Assembly: GCA_032718475.1 (NCBI GenBank)
Contig: JAUCBJ010007001.1
Location: 1 to 50,489, forward strand
Origin: Nemertoderma westbladi
Lineage: Eukaryota; Animalia; Xenacoelomorpha
Length of the DNA stretch: 50,489 bases
Reading direction: 5' to 3'
Below, piece after piece: positions 23,324 through 37,300 of this stretch. Under the pieces are notes generated by a model that did not search any database, was not told the origin of the DNA, and saw only the letters and a program-made list of their open reading frames with translations. Position numbers and translations under genes: made by a program. Within the stretch, counting starts at the first letter, position 1. Every line of letters starts with the position of its first letter.

Positions 23324-26048
23324 TTCTGTATTGGACTTTCTGACATTTTGATATAAACTTTTTGTTTTCACTATATATTTGGGAACGCGGTATTGTGGCT
23401 GGAACAAACTGAGAAACTACCGCGCTTTTTGCCTTTTTACCTTTTACTAACTATTCTCCTCAATGCAGCCTAATATTTAATTTTACTTACCGGCACCTAA
23501 TTTGTATGGACCTACACTAATTTTAATTATACAGATTCGGACGCTAACTTCCTAATTTATTTTGTATTCCAGAATTGTAGCACTAACTATAGCTACGCTA
23601 CTGGGTTACAATAGAGTTAGCCTAAATACTGTATTAATTTATTTCAATTGAGATTTAAACAGTTAATTATTAGAAATAGAAAGCAGTCAAGAGATATTTT
23701 AGCGCCTACCTAATAATACCACAACAAATAAAGCAAATCAATTCGCCCAACAAGACAACGTTTACATTTTAATTAATACAGAAATACAAGCGAATTTAGC
23801 ATAATTAGGGTGTAGGTAGATCTAGTAGGTACTGTATAACGGCAATTATGTATAAACTAGATTATTTAGAGTTACCGTATTTAAATTTACTGCGGTTTTA
23901 TTATAAAATACACTTTCTTAGAACTATATACTGTATAAAAGAGCTGTTTCGGGCCGAACGCCATATTTCGTAGCAGAATTGTTGACCCAGGACAATGGCA
24001 ACGTTTCTACTCTTGAGAATCCTGCCGATATTCCTTCAAGGGGATCAAATTTATTACCCTTCATATCTAACAAACCCTACCATCATGGATCACCATTCCT
24101 ATCTAAGGCAATAGATGAATGGCCAAAGGAACCATCACCCCCCTCCTCAATTAATTATTATTGAAGCACCTCCAGCTTTGGATCTTGACGGATGTCTAGA
24201 TATTAGAAAATAATCTTTTAATTTTGTGACATTAGTTAATATAGTTCATGGCTTTTACGATTTGTCAACAACTGCCGTAAAGCTATTACTCCCCATAAGG
24301 AGTATCTTTCATTCGCTGAAACTAATCATGCGCTATTATTATTAATTAAGTCTGAACAATGGAAATGTTACAGGAGTGAATTTATGCATCTTCAGGAGCA
24401 TTCCTATCTCCCTGTAATTTCTACAGTCTGGCGATTTCATGCAGTAATTAATGATGGGATTTAGGTAAATGTGTCCCCGCACCAGTGAATCGAGCTATCT
24501 AACTCATTTAATTATACAATATTAAGTATCCTGATGCATCAAGACCCTGAATCTACATTAGCTCTGCTTTGTCAAAAATATTGGATTCCAAAAGGACATC
24601 TCACTTGTTCGACACATAATAGAATACATGATTTCCATAGATTTAAACGCTATCAAGCTCAACCCGGCTACCCACGTTAGTCTCAACTTCATCCCTTTAG
24701 GATTACCGCTACAATGCCATTGTTATGTAGGGGAGTAGATTTTTTCGGACCACTATACTTGTTTGATGGTGAAAAGGTATATGGTCTGAATATCACTTGT
24801 TCTTCCACACGTGCAATACACTTGGAAGTTGTTGAGGAAGCTAGTACAAAACATACCCGTCTTGCTTTTCGAAGATTCTTAGTTCGAAGTCTCCCACCTA
24901 TGTGGCATGTCAATTTTGACTCAGATAATGCGAAAACATTTGTAAAACTTTCAACTATGCGCTTTTCTTCCCACTCCATAACATTTACTTTCATACCCAT
25001 TCGATCTCCATACTGGGGCTGCTGGTGGGAAAGGATGGTATATAGGCATAGTAAAGAAATGTTTAAAAATAACTTGTCATAATCAAGCTTTTACGTTCAT
25101 TCGGTTGGTGACTGTATTTGTGGAAATTGAATCAGCTGTTAACAGCAAGCCACTTACGGCATTATACAGCGATCTGAATCATTCCAATCCATTAACACCA
25201 TCTCACTTCCTGTTCTATCATACTTCTGATACTTGAAAGTATTGACCCTGCTGCGACTAATTGTCCTGATAACCTACGTAAGGCTCTCTTACTTTGAGAT
25301 AAGATTTCACGATCTATTTGGAAACTATGGTCTACTGAATACCTTGCATCACTATAATGTTGGAGAACTCCCAGTCGAGGGACTAGTAATATACCTGAAG
25401 TAGGTCATGTGGTATTGGTGCAACAAACTGGCAAAGTCCCAATTCCGCGAGGTAAAATGGCCACAAACGTATATTGGCTTTACATCCTGGACGGGATGGA
25501 TCAACATATTCAGCTGATATACTACTTATTGGTAAGAAGACAAACCGTGCACTAAACTACCTCATTCCTATGGAATGTGATGTAACCTTTAATGATAGTG
25601 GGATACCCAATGTTATTGTTAGTGTCCCAGATCAACAAACTCTAAAGGACAAAACTGAAAATAACCTAAGACAATTCTAAGACAATAGGACTTATTATAT
25701 TTCGAGATATGGGCGGCGACTAAACCACCCCGATCATTTCGAAAACCCAGTGTTTTCTACGTGGGGGGTATGTAAAACTGATTTTTATCTATACTGCAAT
25801 ATGGGGGTTTTGGTTTATTTACATGACTTTTATTATAGCTAATGTTACTGACGTCTGTTGTCTGTTATACTACTATACCGGTTATACTGCTGTACCCAAT
25901 CAATGTGTTGCTATGTATTCGTATTACTGCTGTAATGTTACTGACGTTTGTTATATTTCTGTATTGGACTTTCTGACATTTTGATATGAACTTATTGTTT
26001 TCACTATATATTTGGGAACGTGGTATTGTGGCTGGAACAAACTGAGAA
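23324..26048 (+). mobile_element. Second, heavily decayed and internally deleted BEL/Pao element
   Basis: ENPADIPSRG (RNase H end), GVDFFGPL, TRAIHLEVV, DSDNAKTF, PYWGCWWER (integrase). G-rich PPT followed by TGT at 25771. ~90-bp direct repeat at 23324-23415 and 25957-26048 consistent with LTR remnants. Confidence 0.8.
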
Positions 26049-26727
26049 CCTCTTGCGCCTTGCCAAAATTGTTCATAGTTATCCAGTAAGTATAGTAAGT
26101 AATCCTAGTAAGTACCCCCCCCCCCCCCCCCCCCCATGGATCCACACCACAGAATTATATTGATAATGATAATCTATGTAAAGCCAAGACACTAGATTAG
26201 CCATATTGCGACAAGCCGTACCTCGACTTTGAAAGTCGCGTTACGGCTACTCTCCCAAAAAATTAGCCGTAGTAGCCGCCGTACTCACTTCACTACATTC
26301 GGAGGAATAACAATACAATACACTACACTGTTACTGTTATAGAATATAGTATATTGGCCGCGCCGCTTTACTTTATTCCAAACAAACCAAAAGTTGTGGG
26401 TTAAACGATTAGCGTGCAGACCTACATACAATATATTTATTGATGTGAATTGGAATTGCGACCGAAGCGAGCACGGAAAATTTTTACACATTTTCGCTTA
26501 AAAAATATTTCCGTATATAACAAATTCCTTGATTTTTCCTCGATTTGATTATTTTTTACAAGAATTCCCTGACATATCAAGAAAATTTAAATTCCCTGTC
26601 TATTCCAGGTATTCCAGGTGAGTGACAACACTGAAATAGCACAATTTTGAAACCGCTATTCTAATCTAAATTTATATGGAATTAATTATTTTTGGTGATT
26701 TTAAATTTATATTTTACAACTGTTCAG

Positions 26728-26850
26728 ATATTAATGAATGTTCTACTGATGCTCATAATTGCCATACTAAGGCAAGCTGCACAAATGCTATTGGTGGATT
26801 CATTTGCGAATGTATTTCTGGCTATTCTGGCGATGGTGTAGAATGCAATG
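26728..26850 (+). CDS. Host exon: calcium-binding EGF-like domain 1
   Basis: TTCAG|...|GTAAGT, 123 bp, phase 1-1; DINECSTDAHNCHTKASCTNAIGGFICECISGYSGDGVECN. Confidence 0.93.
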
Positions 26851-29800
26851 GTAAGTTACTTTTGTAATAAATTTATTCAATACATTGGCCAATTAAACGT
26901 ATGTACCACTACTGAGGAATTGGTTAAACGGAATGGCTTTTAATTTGAGGGGAATTAATTTTGCATGTGCCTCAGATGTGCTCTCAGACGTCCCCCCCCC
27001 CCCACCCCCCCACCCAAATTGAAGGTTTAAAGTAACTAACCAACGCAAACCAAAACTTGTTACCAATTCAGGGAAAGGAGCGTGCAGGTCAATTATATGA
27101 CAAGGTGTAACCAATATTGGTGAGTGTGTATATTATCGGGCTAACTAATAATATTGCACTAATAACTGAACTACAGTACAGTGTAATGATCGTTAATGTA
27201 AATAACAGTGGAGTATGACCTTCTGCTTTAAGTCCCAGAGCGATGTCTTGGCGATGTTTCTTTGTAATATTATTTGATACATGACCTTAGGTCATGTAGC
27301 GTTAAGTCCACCAACATGTTATTCTAACCAAAACAAAAAATGAAAGTCAATAACACTGGTTATGTCACTGGTTATTTTTACTAGAAATCAGCTACTGTAT
27401 AAATAAAAGTACAACTTATTGCTGCAAATACGGCAAAACCTAACGACGTAAGACTTAATGTCCTGCAGTGGTATCTAATTCGGTGGGATCTAACGCGCCT
27501 GGAGCTAATGCGACATTTGCGCCTGTTAGTGCGGCACAGTGCAGCGCAGTGCAACACTCCACTTTTTTTCATTACTTCTACTAACTGAATAACTGATAAT
27601 TCCGGTGTCAATCTCGTAGAAAAGGAATGTTGCATTAATTTTTATATTTAATAATAATAATTTAATATTGCGATGTCCAATATTGCATAATTAATATTGC
27701 ATATTATATTACACCACCTTTATTTGTCATACAGTTGCTATCATTATACAACTATTGCTTGTTGTTACCACAATAGTTGTATTCTAGAAATTTTAGTTCT
27801 ACAATCCAGCTAATATTGCTTTTATACAGATTTCATTAATGTTGTGCTAATTGCAAACCCGAACAGTATTATTATACACCTAACTGCATGTTTTATTCAT
27901 GTTGTAGGCCTATTAACTAAGTGTTTAAACAGGATCAAACATTTCAGCATTTCTGTAATTCGTCTCGTGATCCTTATTTTGGCATTCGGGATACCTGATT
28001 TTTCATTTATCAGAAAAACTTGTCAAAGCTTACAGTAGTGACGATATGAAACGTGGTTTTGAAAACTTCAGATCAGTTTATAGGTCTATTTATTGCAAAG
28101 GAATGTTATATTAAATTTGGTAATGGATCATTTTACAGTTACGGATTCAAAACAAAACTTGGGAAAAAGACTCCTGGGAAAATTTTAAGAGATACAAAAT
28201 ATCAAAATTGCCGTAGCTCCTATATAATAATTCAAGCCTATTCATTTGAATCAGTGCAATGAAATGAGTTATATTTCAGTTAATGATGCAACTAAGGATG
28301 TAACTGGTTTAGGTCTATTAGCGGTAGATAAGATTCGCTGCGCGGGATTGTTTCTCGCGAGTTTGGTCTGTTTCTGTAGACTGTATTTCTGTCTCACCAG
28401 TTAGGGACCGGGTCAACCTGATTGTCAAGTTAGCCCGGGAAATTGATTCGCCAAAGTTTGGTGGAAGACATCAGGCACCGTACTCGTCAGTATTAGTTTG
28501 TGTACTTTAGTATCTATTATTTATAGATTGTAAATACTGTAGATGCTTGATTCTTTCAGCCTGCCTGGACTGACCTTCACAAAACGTCCTAAAAGTTAGG
28601 ACATTTTACCACCCGTAGCCTTAACTGAGAACTACTGAAAATTTGCAAATAACTCCTTTACATTGTTATTTTATCACTAATCCTTTGGAAGATAGGAGGG
28701 AAATTCAATTTTATACCCGATTCACTCAAAACATTAATTTTGAGAAAATTTGCCTTAGGACGTTTTACCACCCGCCCGTCCCACAAAATGCTCTAGTATG
28801 GATAGTGTGCCTTGAAATAATATAAGTGGAACGATTTTGTATGTGTTGTGTAGACTAGATTGTGGACGTGAGTGAGTGAGTAGACTCGGCTATTTGTGAA
28901 TGGATTTTATTGAAATTTGGTGGAAACCTACACATGCATATTACAAACTCTAAACCAAAAACAAAATTTGAAAATCGCAGTAGTGAGTCCGTATTGGCAC
29001 TTTTCGCACAGGATACCAAAATAATGTTGTACCATGCTTATTGCGGCTCTATATGTTTGAATGTTTTTTAAAAATTGGTCAAACCGTACACAAACATAAA
29101 TATTACAAAAATGGATTAGAAGATAATCCCTGAAAGAATTATGGGATTGACACTAATTAGCACATTTCGTGGTGCTAAAATATTTCATAGCATGCAGATT
29201 TTTTGAAAATTTATATGCAACTTTATTACACTTATATATTATTACACTATATACACTTTATTTGTATACAATAGAACCACACCGATTCCAAATCCGTTGT
29301 CCTTTTCCTTGTCCATCTCATTTTCGCATTTTACTACTTGCACTTTTCAGGCTATTGTGGTGCTTCTTAAAAATTCCGAATATTAACATATAATAATACA
29401 GAATCTTGATATAAATGGGTTCAGCGTTAAAAATAATCCAATATCACCGATAAATACGGCATTGGATATAAGTTAACTGAAACAAGTAGTTTAATTCAAA
29501 ATTATATATTTGAAAATTTTAGTAGGGGATCGTCTTTTCATTTTTGGGCCATTTTGGTTAACTACAGCGTCTTATAATTGTCACCAATGAAATCAGCACA
29601 TACGAAAAGCTTAGTATTGGTGAGGATATTGAAGTTGTTTCCTATTTCAAAATTTGAAATTTCACACTACTTGCACTGTTGGACTTGGCGCTCTTGTGGT
29701 ACTTTTCAAATTTCCAATGTTTAGAGGCCAATTTTACCCATAATTGTTTGCAATGGGTTCAGTGTTAAAAATAAGCGAATTTTGAGGATTTATTTCACCA

Positions 29801-30030
29801 TAGAGTGAAGTTACCCCAAAGAAACTGTAATGTGAAATTTCAGTTCTGAAAAGGGCTGACATACGTGTCACAGCTTCCTTAATTTGGGTTCTCTTGATCG
29901 ATCATCTCTATAGATTCTAAAGAAAAACAACAGAGTCGGTGGATTTCACCCACCTTAGGCTTTTCAGGGTTAAATGCAATGAAAGAGTATTGCTTCATTA
30001 TTTACTTTATAAAAAATATTTTTATTATAG

Positions 30031-30281
30031 ATGTAATAAAGTTGGATATTGTAAACAATCGTGCAGAAAGTGATTCAACCTATATGGGTTGCGCAGCGGC
30101 CTTTGCAGTGGATGGAATAAAGACGGGTCAAATTTGGCATAACATGCCAGGAGAATGTGGCGGATTCCATTCGGGCTCGGCACCTACTTGGTGGCGGGTG
30201 AATCTTGGCGTTGAAAAGGAAATTGTTTTCGTTAGAATTTATAACAGACAGGGTCAGAAGGATCGAATAAGTGGCGCCAAG
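30031..30281 (+). CDS. Host exon: F-type lectin (fucolectin/FTP) domain, first part
   Basis: TATAG|...AAG|GTACAT, phase 1-0; STY...A.FAVDG...FHS...WWRVNLG....I..V.IYNR....DRI.GA. Confidence 0.88.
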
Positions 30282-30413
30282 GTACATCAGTAAAAATATA
30301 TTACATTAATTTGTATCATATATATATCTTTTCATTTATAAATAAATGTAATTTTATAAGAATAATATATGTTATTTAATGCAATACTCATTATTTAAAC
30401 TCTTTATGAATAG

Positions 30414-30585
30414 GTATTTGTTTTAAAAGAAAATTATAGAAGTCATCAACTTTGCGGAAAGATAACATCCACGGATCTCATCATCGATGTACAATGCCAA
30501 GGAGGACTACTTGGAAGTTATGTATCCATAGAACATGGATGTGACATGATTAACATCGATGAAGTGGAAGTGTTTGAACGAATAG
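30414..30585 (+). CDS. Host exon: F-type lectin domain, second part
   Basis: AATAG|...G|GTAAGG, phase 0-1; VFVLKENYRSHQLCGKITSTDLIIDVQCQGGLLGSYVSIEHGCDMINIDEVEVFERI (LCG, C...G.YV.I, EVEV motifs). Not in the ORF track. Confidence 0.88.
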
Positions 30586-31329
30586 GTAAGGTGTGATGCA
30601 ATAGTATACTCAGTGTAATAATAGCCAGGAATTGTTAAATACCAAGCAGGGAATTATACTCACACATGGTGATTCATAGAATTTGTTACATATTTGACTT
30701 TCAATAAATAAGAAAATTATCAATAAAAAATTGGGTTTGTGGTATCTATGGAAATACGGAATCCTGACTTAGACTTTAGCATCTGGTTGGAATCATTTAT
30801 TTGCTATGGCAACAAGATATTCGTTGATTTAATATATGTTAAAGTTAAGTTTAATTTAAGGCTAAAAATAGTAAAACTTGAGCATGAAAATCTTAATAAC
30901 CAGTGCATGAATTTTAATGTGGTTATATATCATATGCCATATGAAGAACTTATTGTGTACGAATCATCTCAACCGATCCGCATCTATATAGAAGGCCTAC
31001 TTAATAAATACCGGTAACTAGTTTGTTAAGGAGAGTTGGGACCCTTACAATTTTCAAAAAATAAAATTTTTGCAAATTGTTTGTTTAGATGATAAAGATT
31101 GCAATTTTCCGTAGATTATAGCTATTGACAATTTAAAAAGCTTTAATTTTAAAGCAATGTCAAACGCCAAAACCGCTCGAATTTCTGTCCGTTTGTCGGA
31201 TCCAATCCGGGTGATGGATTCAATAAACATCAATGCGCCCCGACCGACTCAACAGGAGGTAGCCCAGAAAATAAATAATTCAAATAATTTTAAATTTAAA
31301 TCAAAATTTAATTTCAAAATAATTTTAAT

Positions 31330-33855
31330 TTCAAGATACCTCACAAACAATACAGATGCACCGCACCAAAAATTGTATGTAATAGTAATATAATTACTAA
31401 ACGTTATTGTATGGCGATCAGTCGCCATTGACTGCTGCCTAAAATTTTAGGAGACACAATAGCAAAGCTAGTGCTGTGCCTGGGTAACCTTTTACTAACA
31501 GGTTGATTAGCGAGGGGGGGGGGGGGGATTGGCGCTATGACACGAAAGAATTGAGTAACCATCTTATACACCTGATAATGATAACTGCGGGAAGCCAACC
31601 CAGAGTACTCCCGCGAGGACCTTCTTGGTAACCGATTATAGATCAAGTAAATGCCTTTTTAGTTGTTTGGCAAAGATTGATTTAACAACAATATTTCGAA
31701 GGTCATCAGACAGTGAATTCCATAGTAGGGGACATTGAAAAGCGACAGATTGGTGGGCAACTTCAAGACGGACTGAAGGGAGATTAAAATGGCCAGATTT
31801 AGAAGGGCGAGTATTATATGAATGGATAGAAGCAGTTTTACGAAATAAATATGCCAGTGGGTGTTTAGGGTTACGGGATATATCGTAGATTAGATTACAG
31901 ATCTGGTGCTTATATAAAGCTTCAAGGGGTAAGATTTGTAGCTTACGGTAGATAGGAATTGAAGATGATCGGCGGTGGCTGAAAGATAAGACCTAACTAT
32001 TTTATTAATTTTATTTCGTAAAGGTTTTACGATCGAAAAGTATGTACCCCCCCATACAACTAACCCGTAGTTTATGTAAGGATAGATAAGAGAAAAGAAT
32101 AGGGTACGCATTATTTGGTGGGGGAGTAAATGTCTTAGTCTGAAAAAAATGCCACCGGATTTAGATATTTTATTGAGAACATGCTGGACGTGTTGGCAAA
32201 ATGTTAGTTTACTGTCTATGTGTAGGCCAAGCACTTGGAAACTGAAACTTGTTTAATTTGTTTACCATTAATATGAATTGGATTTAACTGTCTGAAGTTG
32301 CCTTGGAGATTGAGAAAAAATTGTATATTCTGTTTTTTGGAAGTTGATTGTTAACTTATCATCCTTTATCCACTTCGATACACCGATACGTCAGATACGT
32401 CAGATTTGAGTTAACTAGATAGAAACATATCGCTAACCGATGCTGTTGTATGGCTTATGATTGGTATCATCAGCGAATAAAGTGGTTCGAAGTTTACTGG
32501 AATTTGGTAAGTCGTTGATATATAGGAGAAGTGGTCCTAAAATAGATCCTTGGGGAACTCCACAGGTGACCGGTTTGATGGAAGAGTGGATATTGGCTAT
32601 GGAAACAAACTGGGAACGTTCAGATAGGTAATCTGTAAGTAGAGAGTGAGGAGTCCCGCGGATACCGTACGAGCAAAGCTTCTTCAGAAGAATTCCTATG
32701 TCCAAAGAGTCGAAAGCTTTCTTTAGGTCTATATATACAACTGAAGTGGATTCTTTATTATCTAAGGCGGTACGAATATTTTCTACAATATTAAGAACAG
32801 CAAAAGTTGTTGTCAATTTTTTCCTAAACCCGAATTAATTTGGACAGATGACTGAGTAACGTTCTAGGTAAGAAACAATTTTGATCATTAATCAGTTTTT
32901 CGTATAGTTTATTGGAAACAGAATGCAATGAGATTGGCCTATAGTTAGATGGGTTCAGAGGACAATCGCCCTTATATACAGGAATCACCTTTGCAACCTG
33001 AAGTAGACTGGGATAACAGCCCTGGGTAAAACTAAGATTTATTAGAGTGGCCAAATGTAATGATAGGGGCTATGCGCCAAATTTAAGTAATTTGATAGGG
33101 AACTTATCATTAGAGGCAGAATCTTCTTTGAGAGGTAAAATATTATATTGAACCTCGACCGGGGATGTTTCGGTTAATCCAATTGAATTCGATTTCTTAT
33201 AACTGATATGACCAGTGGGACAGCATGTGGAACTAGGTACAGCAGCGGCCAAAGACGGACTGATGGTGGTGAAAAAGTTATTGAATTCGTTTACTATGTT
33301 GTTAGGATCTGTAAGAGTTATGGAGACTAGTTTTTTGGGAAGTGAGAGATTTTTCCCGCGATGAAGAACAGAATTTATAGTACGCCAGGTTTTTTTTATG
33401 CTCGACTTATTGTTCTCGATTTCTTTTGAATAATATTGTTTTTCAGCTGCACGGAGAAGAGAAGTATGCAAGTTCCTATATTTTTTATATGCCGTAAGAT
33501 TATACTCAGATGGGTTTGAAACAGATTTTGTGTATAAATAGCCTTTCCGTTTAATAGCAGTCAGAAGTGATGCCGTAAGCCATGGTTTCTTAGGTAAATC
33601 TTTTTTGTTATTATTTTGGTCGGGAGATGATGAGAACAAATATTTTGGAAATCCTTATAAACGCAATTGAAGCGGTCTGTAGAGGCGACATTCAGACTCA
33701 TATAAGTCCACAAATCAGGATTATTTAAGCTGCCAATGAAATTATTTTTATTAAACTGAGAGAAATCGTAACTAGTCTTGGAACTCTCAGGTTTAAAATA
33801 AGTTTTATGGTAGATAAATGGTCAGATGTGCCAATTTCATGGAGGAAAACACCAT
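31330..33855 (-). mobile_element. Decayed CR1/L2-group LINE (endonuclease C-terminus, RT, 3' region)
   Basis: SDH motif near 33815-33823; KPWLT, NYRPISL, DLKKAFDSL, GVPQGSILGPLL, LFADDT, LGLHIDSKLTF; several frameshifts. Confidence 0.88.
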
Positions 33856-34300
33856 TGTTGGATTATTTCACTGTTAAGTAGATATTTACAGTACCACGTA
33901 AAAAACTTTCTAAATCCGACGTATTTTGCCTTGATTTGTAGTAGTTGTAATATGCCTACTTCCTATAATAGTTATAAGTTCACTGGTGATTCTATTGGCG
34001 CAGTGGTCAGATAGGTTAATGCGTTGGTTACATTCTAGGTAGGTCAGGGGTTCGAATCTGGAAAGGGAAATTTGTATTTTGGGCTATTATATTTTCGGTT
34101 TCATTTAATTAGATAAGCCAATGAGGTGCGTACAACACATGGAACGATGGGTTGGGCCAATCATAGGGCACTTACTTAATAATTTATTGCTCCAATGTGC
34201 GGCCCTAGAATGTTATCGAATGTTCTAGGTGATTTCATGCTTAGGATTTGCTATATAAAGGTGCAGTTTGTCCTTTGGTTATCACTTAACTTGCTTGCTA
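33856..34300 (+). mobile_element. Diverged LTR related to the large BEL element LTR (U3 part), interrupted by a LINE
   Basis: TGTTGGATTATTTCACT... aligns colinearly with the reverse complement of ~5801-5375, including the tRNA-like module (33997-34066), CCAAT boxes and TATA. Possible far end CAACA at 37557-37561, but no TSD. Confidence 0.8.
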
Positions 34301-37300
34301 ACAGTAGTAGTAGTAGACGGTATGCGGCCCGTCCGGCCTATAATATCATAATAATGGCGCACAATTCCAAATCAATTTCTGAATAATATATATATATAGC
34401 ACAATAATTTATACGTGAAATAATATCAATAACTAGAGTAATTAGCACTAGATTAATTCAATAATAAAGACATAGGACTTCAGAGACATAACTGCACAGA
34501 TCAACTAGTAAATCGGTAGAAAATAATGAAGATAAATCGGTGAAATCTAACTGTACAAACTTAATTCTAATGTGTTCAGATATCGGGCATTTTAATAGTA
34601 CGTGGTGTTCATTTTGTACAGAGGTATTATCACAATAGCAAACACGTAACTCAGGAGCAACACGAGTCCATCGACCAGTTTCCACTCGGAGTCTATGTGA
34701 CATGAGACGGAGTCTGGTGAAATGGACACGTTTAAAGTCTGGGATGACGGGTTTCAAGCAACTGTATAGTGGATGAGCAGTAAGGCCAGGGTTGATAGTG
34801 TCACTGTAAGTACGGAACTTGGTAGCTGAAAGTGGTTTATTTAATACACGTAAACGGACGGAAGTTAGGGGGTCATCGACCTTGTAGTCAAGTGCTGACA
34901 TTAAACAACGATATCCGGGAGTGTTTGCAGCTTTACAAAGATCATAAATATAATATAAAGGCACATCAGTATCGTGCACGGGTAACCTAAACATATTTTT
35001 CACATATTTAAGTCTAGCATTTACAATATAGTGACTAAGTGGTGGGATATTAAACTCAATTAAGCACAAATCAATTGGTGTTTGTTGACGTACTGAAAGT
35101 AAAATTTTAATTAACCTATTGAAGACCGGTTCAATTTGCTTAGTACATGCATTAACAGACAACCACGTTTCACAACCATATAAAATAGAAGATATTATAC
35201 ATGCATCAAAAACCTTTTTCTTTAAAGCGAATGGGAGTGATGTATTCTTACTGCAAAATATTGCAAATTTATTAATTGTTCTCTCACATATGATAATATG
35301 GTGTTTTAGTGCAGTAGATATGCGGCCATCAGCGGCGAAAACAGAACCTAAATAAACATAAAATTCACATGTAGAAATAACTGTAGTACCTAAAATAAAT
35401 GGTTTACTGTCATCAACATTACCGTTTATTACAAAAAATTTGCTTTTCTTTTGATTAATTACCATACCAAAAACAGTACAATAATCGTATAGAGCACGTA
35501 ATTTAATTTCACAATTTTTCCTAGAAGTTGATACTATTACTGTATCGTCCATAAACAAAAGGCAAACTAAAGCACCAAGGAAACCATCACATTTAACAGC
35601 TTCTTTTAACATGATAACAAGTTTATTAAGATACATACAAAATAAAATCCCGCTTGAAGGCGCCCCCTGGCGGACCCCAATAGTAGTCAGAATTACAGCA
35701 GATCTTAAGATAGATTTTGTTGCAGAATACAGCGCTTTAATAATAAATAACATCCGAAAACCACACCCTGAAGATTTAAGTAGTTCAAACATTTTATCAC
35801 GTGGAACACGGTCATACGCCTTACTAAAATCAATGAAAACGACGTATAATTTAGACTTCTTGAAAATTGCATAATCTATAATGAGTCGAAGTCCGAGGAT
35901 GTGTTCAATGCACCCTCGGCCTTTTTGAGCTCCTGCCTGACATTTATCTAAATTAATCCAATATTTTAACCGATTGTAAATTAATATATCAAAAAACTTT
36001 AACGGTGTTGTCATTATACTAAGACCACGGTAATTGCCACAATCTAATCTATTACCAGATTTGAAACACGTTATTAATTTACTAACAGCCCATTTTACAG
36101 GATATATTGCACCAATAAATATTAAATTAAAGATTGATAAGATGAATATTAGCCATGCACCTGGAAGCCTAGTTAGCAAGCCGGGGCTTACCCCAATATA
36201 ACCTTTGTTGGTTTTCATATCGGCCAAACCTTCGGCAAATTCGCGTTGAGTAAATGGATCATCCAGACATGGTACGTAAATAGTACTAGTGATGTCGGAG
36301 TCAATGTCTGTAGGTTCGCTAGGATTGAGAAGAGACTCAAAATGAGTCCTAAACTCCTCATCTTCAGGTGCAGTATTTGCATTATTCTCATCTTCAAATG
36401 AAATGTTTCCATTCCAGTCAAGAGCTTTCCATAAACTTTTAGGATCATTTGAGTTGATGATATGATCCCATCGACATGCATCAGGATCCCTTGTGATCAC
36501 TGGATCGTTACGAGATCTTCGACACGATCGGGCTGCTTCATCGATTGTCTCAAAGAACGAGTCCAACAACGTATCGACATCGTTAGTATCCGAGATAACA
36601 GGAGGATCACATTGCGCAATCCTAGCCTCAAACTTGTCGCATTCGACAAATTTATGGGAAAGTCCTTTGATATCCATGGCTACTCCAGTAAGCTTAACAG
36701 CGTCACCGTCTTCATAAATTGAATGACCCAAACTCATACTACGAGTAAATAGACCCTTCTTATCAACACGAAAGTTTTCTCTATCAACCTTAACCAAAAT
36801 AGATATTGGTGCGTGATCGGAACCTAGAATGTCTTGATGTACGTCGAGCGTTGCAATTGTACCATAAATATTAGAGCTCGACACGCAAAGATCGATTTCT
36901 GACACCCATTTACCACCTTTCTTATAAGTTAGACCTCCTCCTAGGTTAGAGTACCCAGAACAAAGATTATTACAAACAATCGAATTTGTAGCTGTGCAAA
37001 TGCACTGTAGAATTTGACCACTTTTGTTAACTGTTAGATCAGATACATTTCTATAGTGTAGATTACTTGTATTTATCTCATTGTCGATATCATAGATTTG
37101 TGGAATGCCGACACGAGCGTTAAAATCACCTAACGCAACGAAATCTTTTGACGAGTCAAATTTGTGGTGCAGTTCGGCGAATAATGAATCATCGTAGTAC
37201 AGACTATCATTCGGCGGAATATAGACTCCACCAAACAATATATCAGCTATATAGTCAAACTCAATCCATATCTGACCTTCTACAGACTTATCTATAGATT

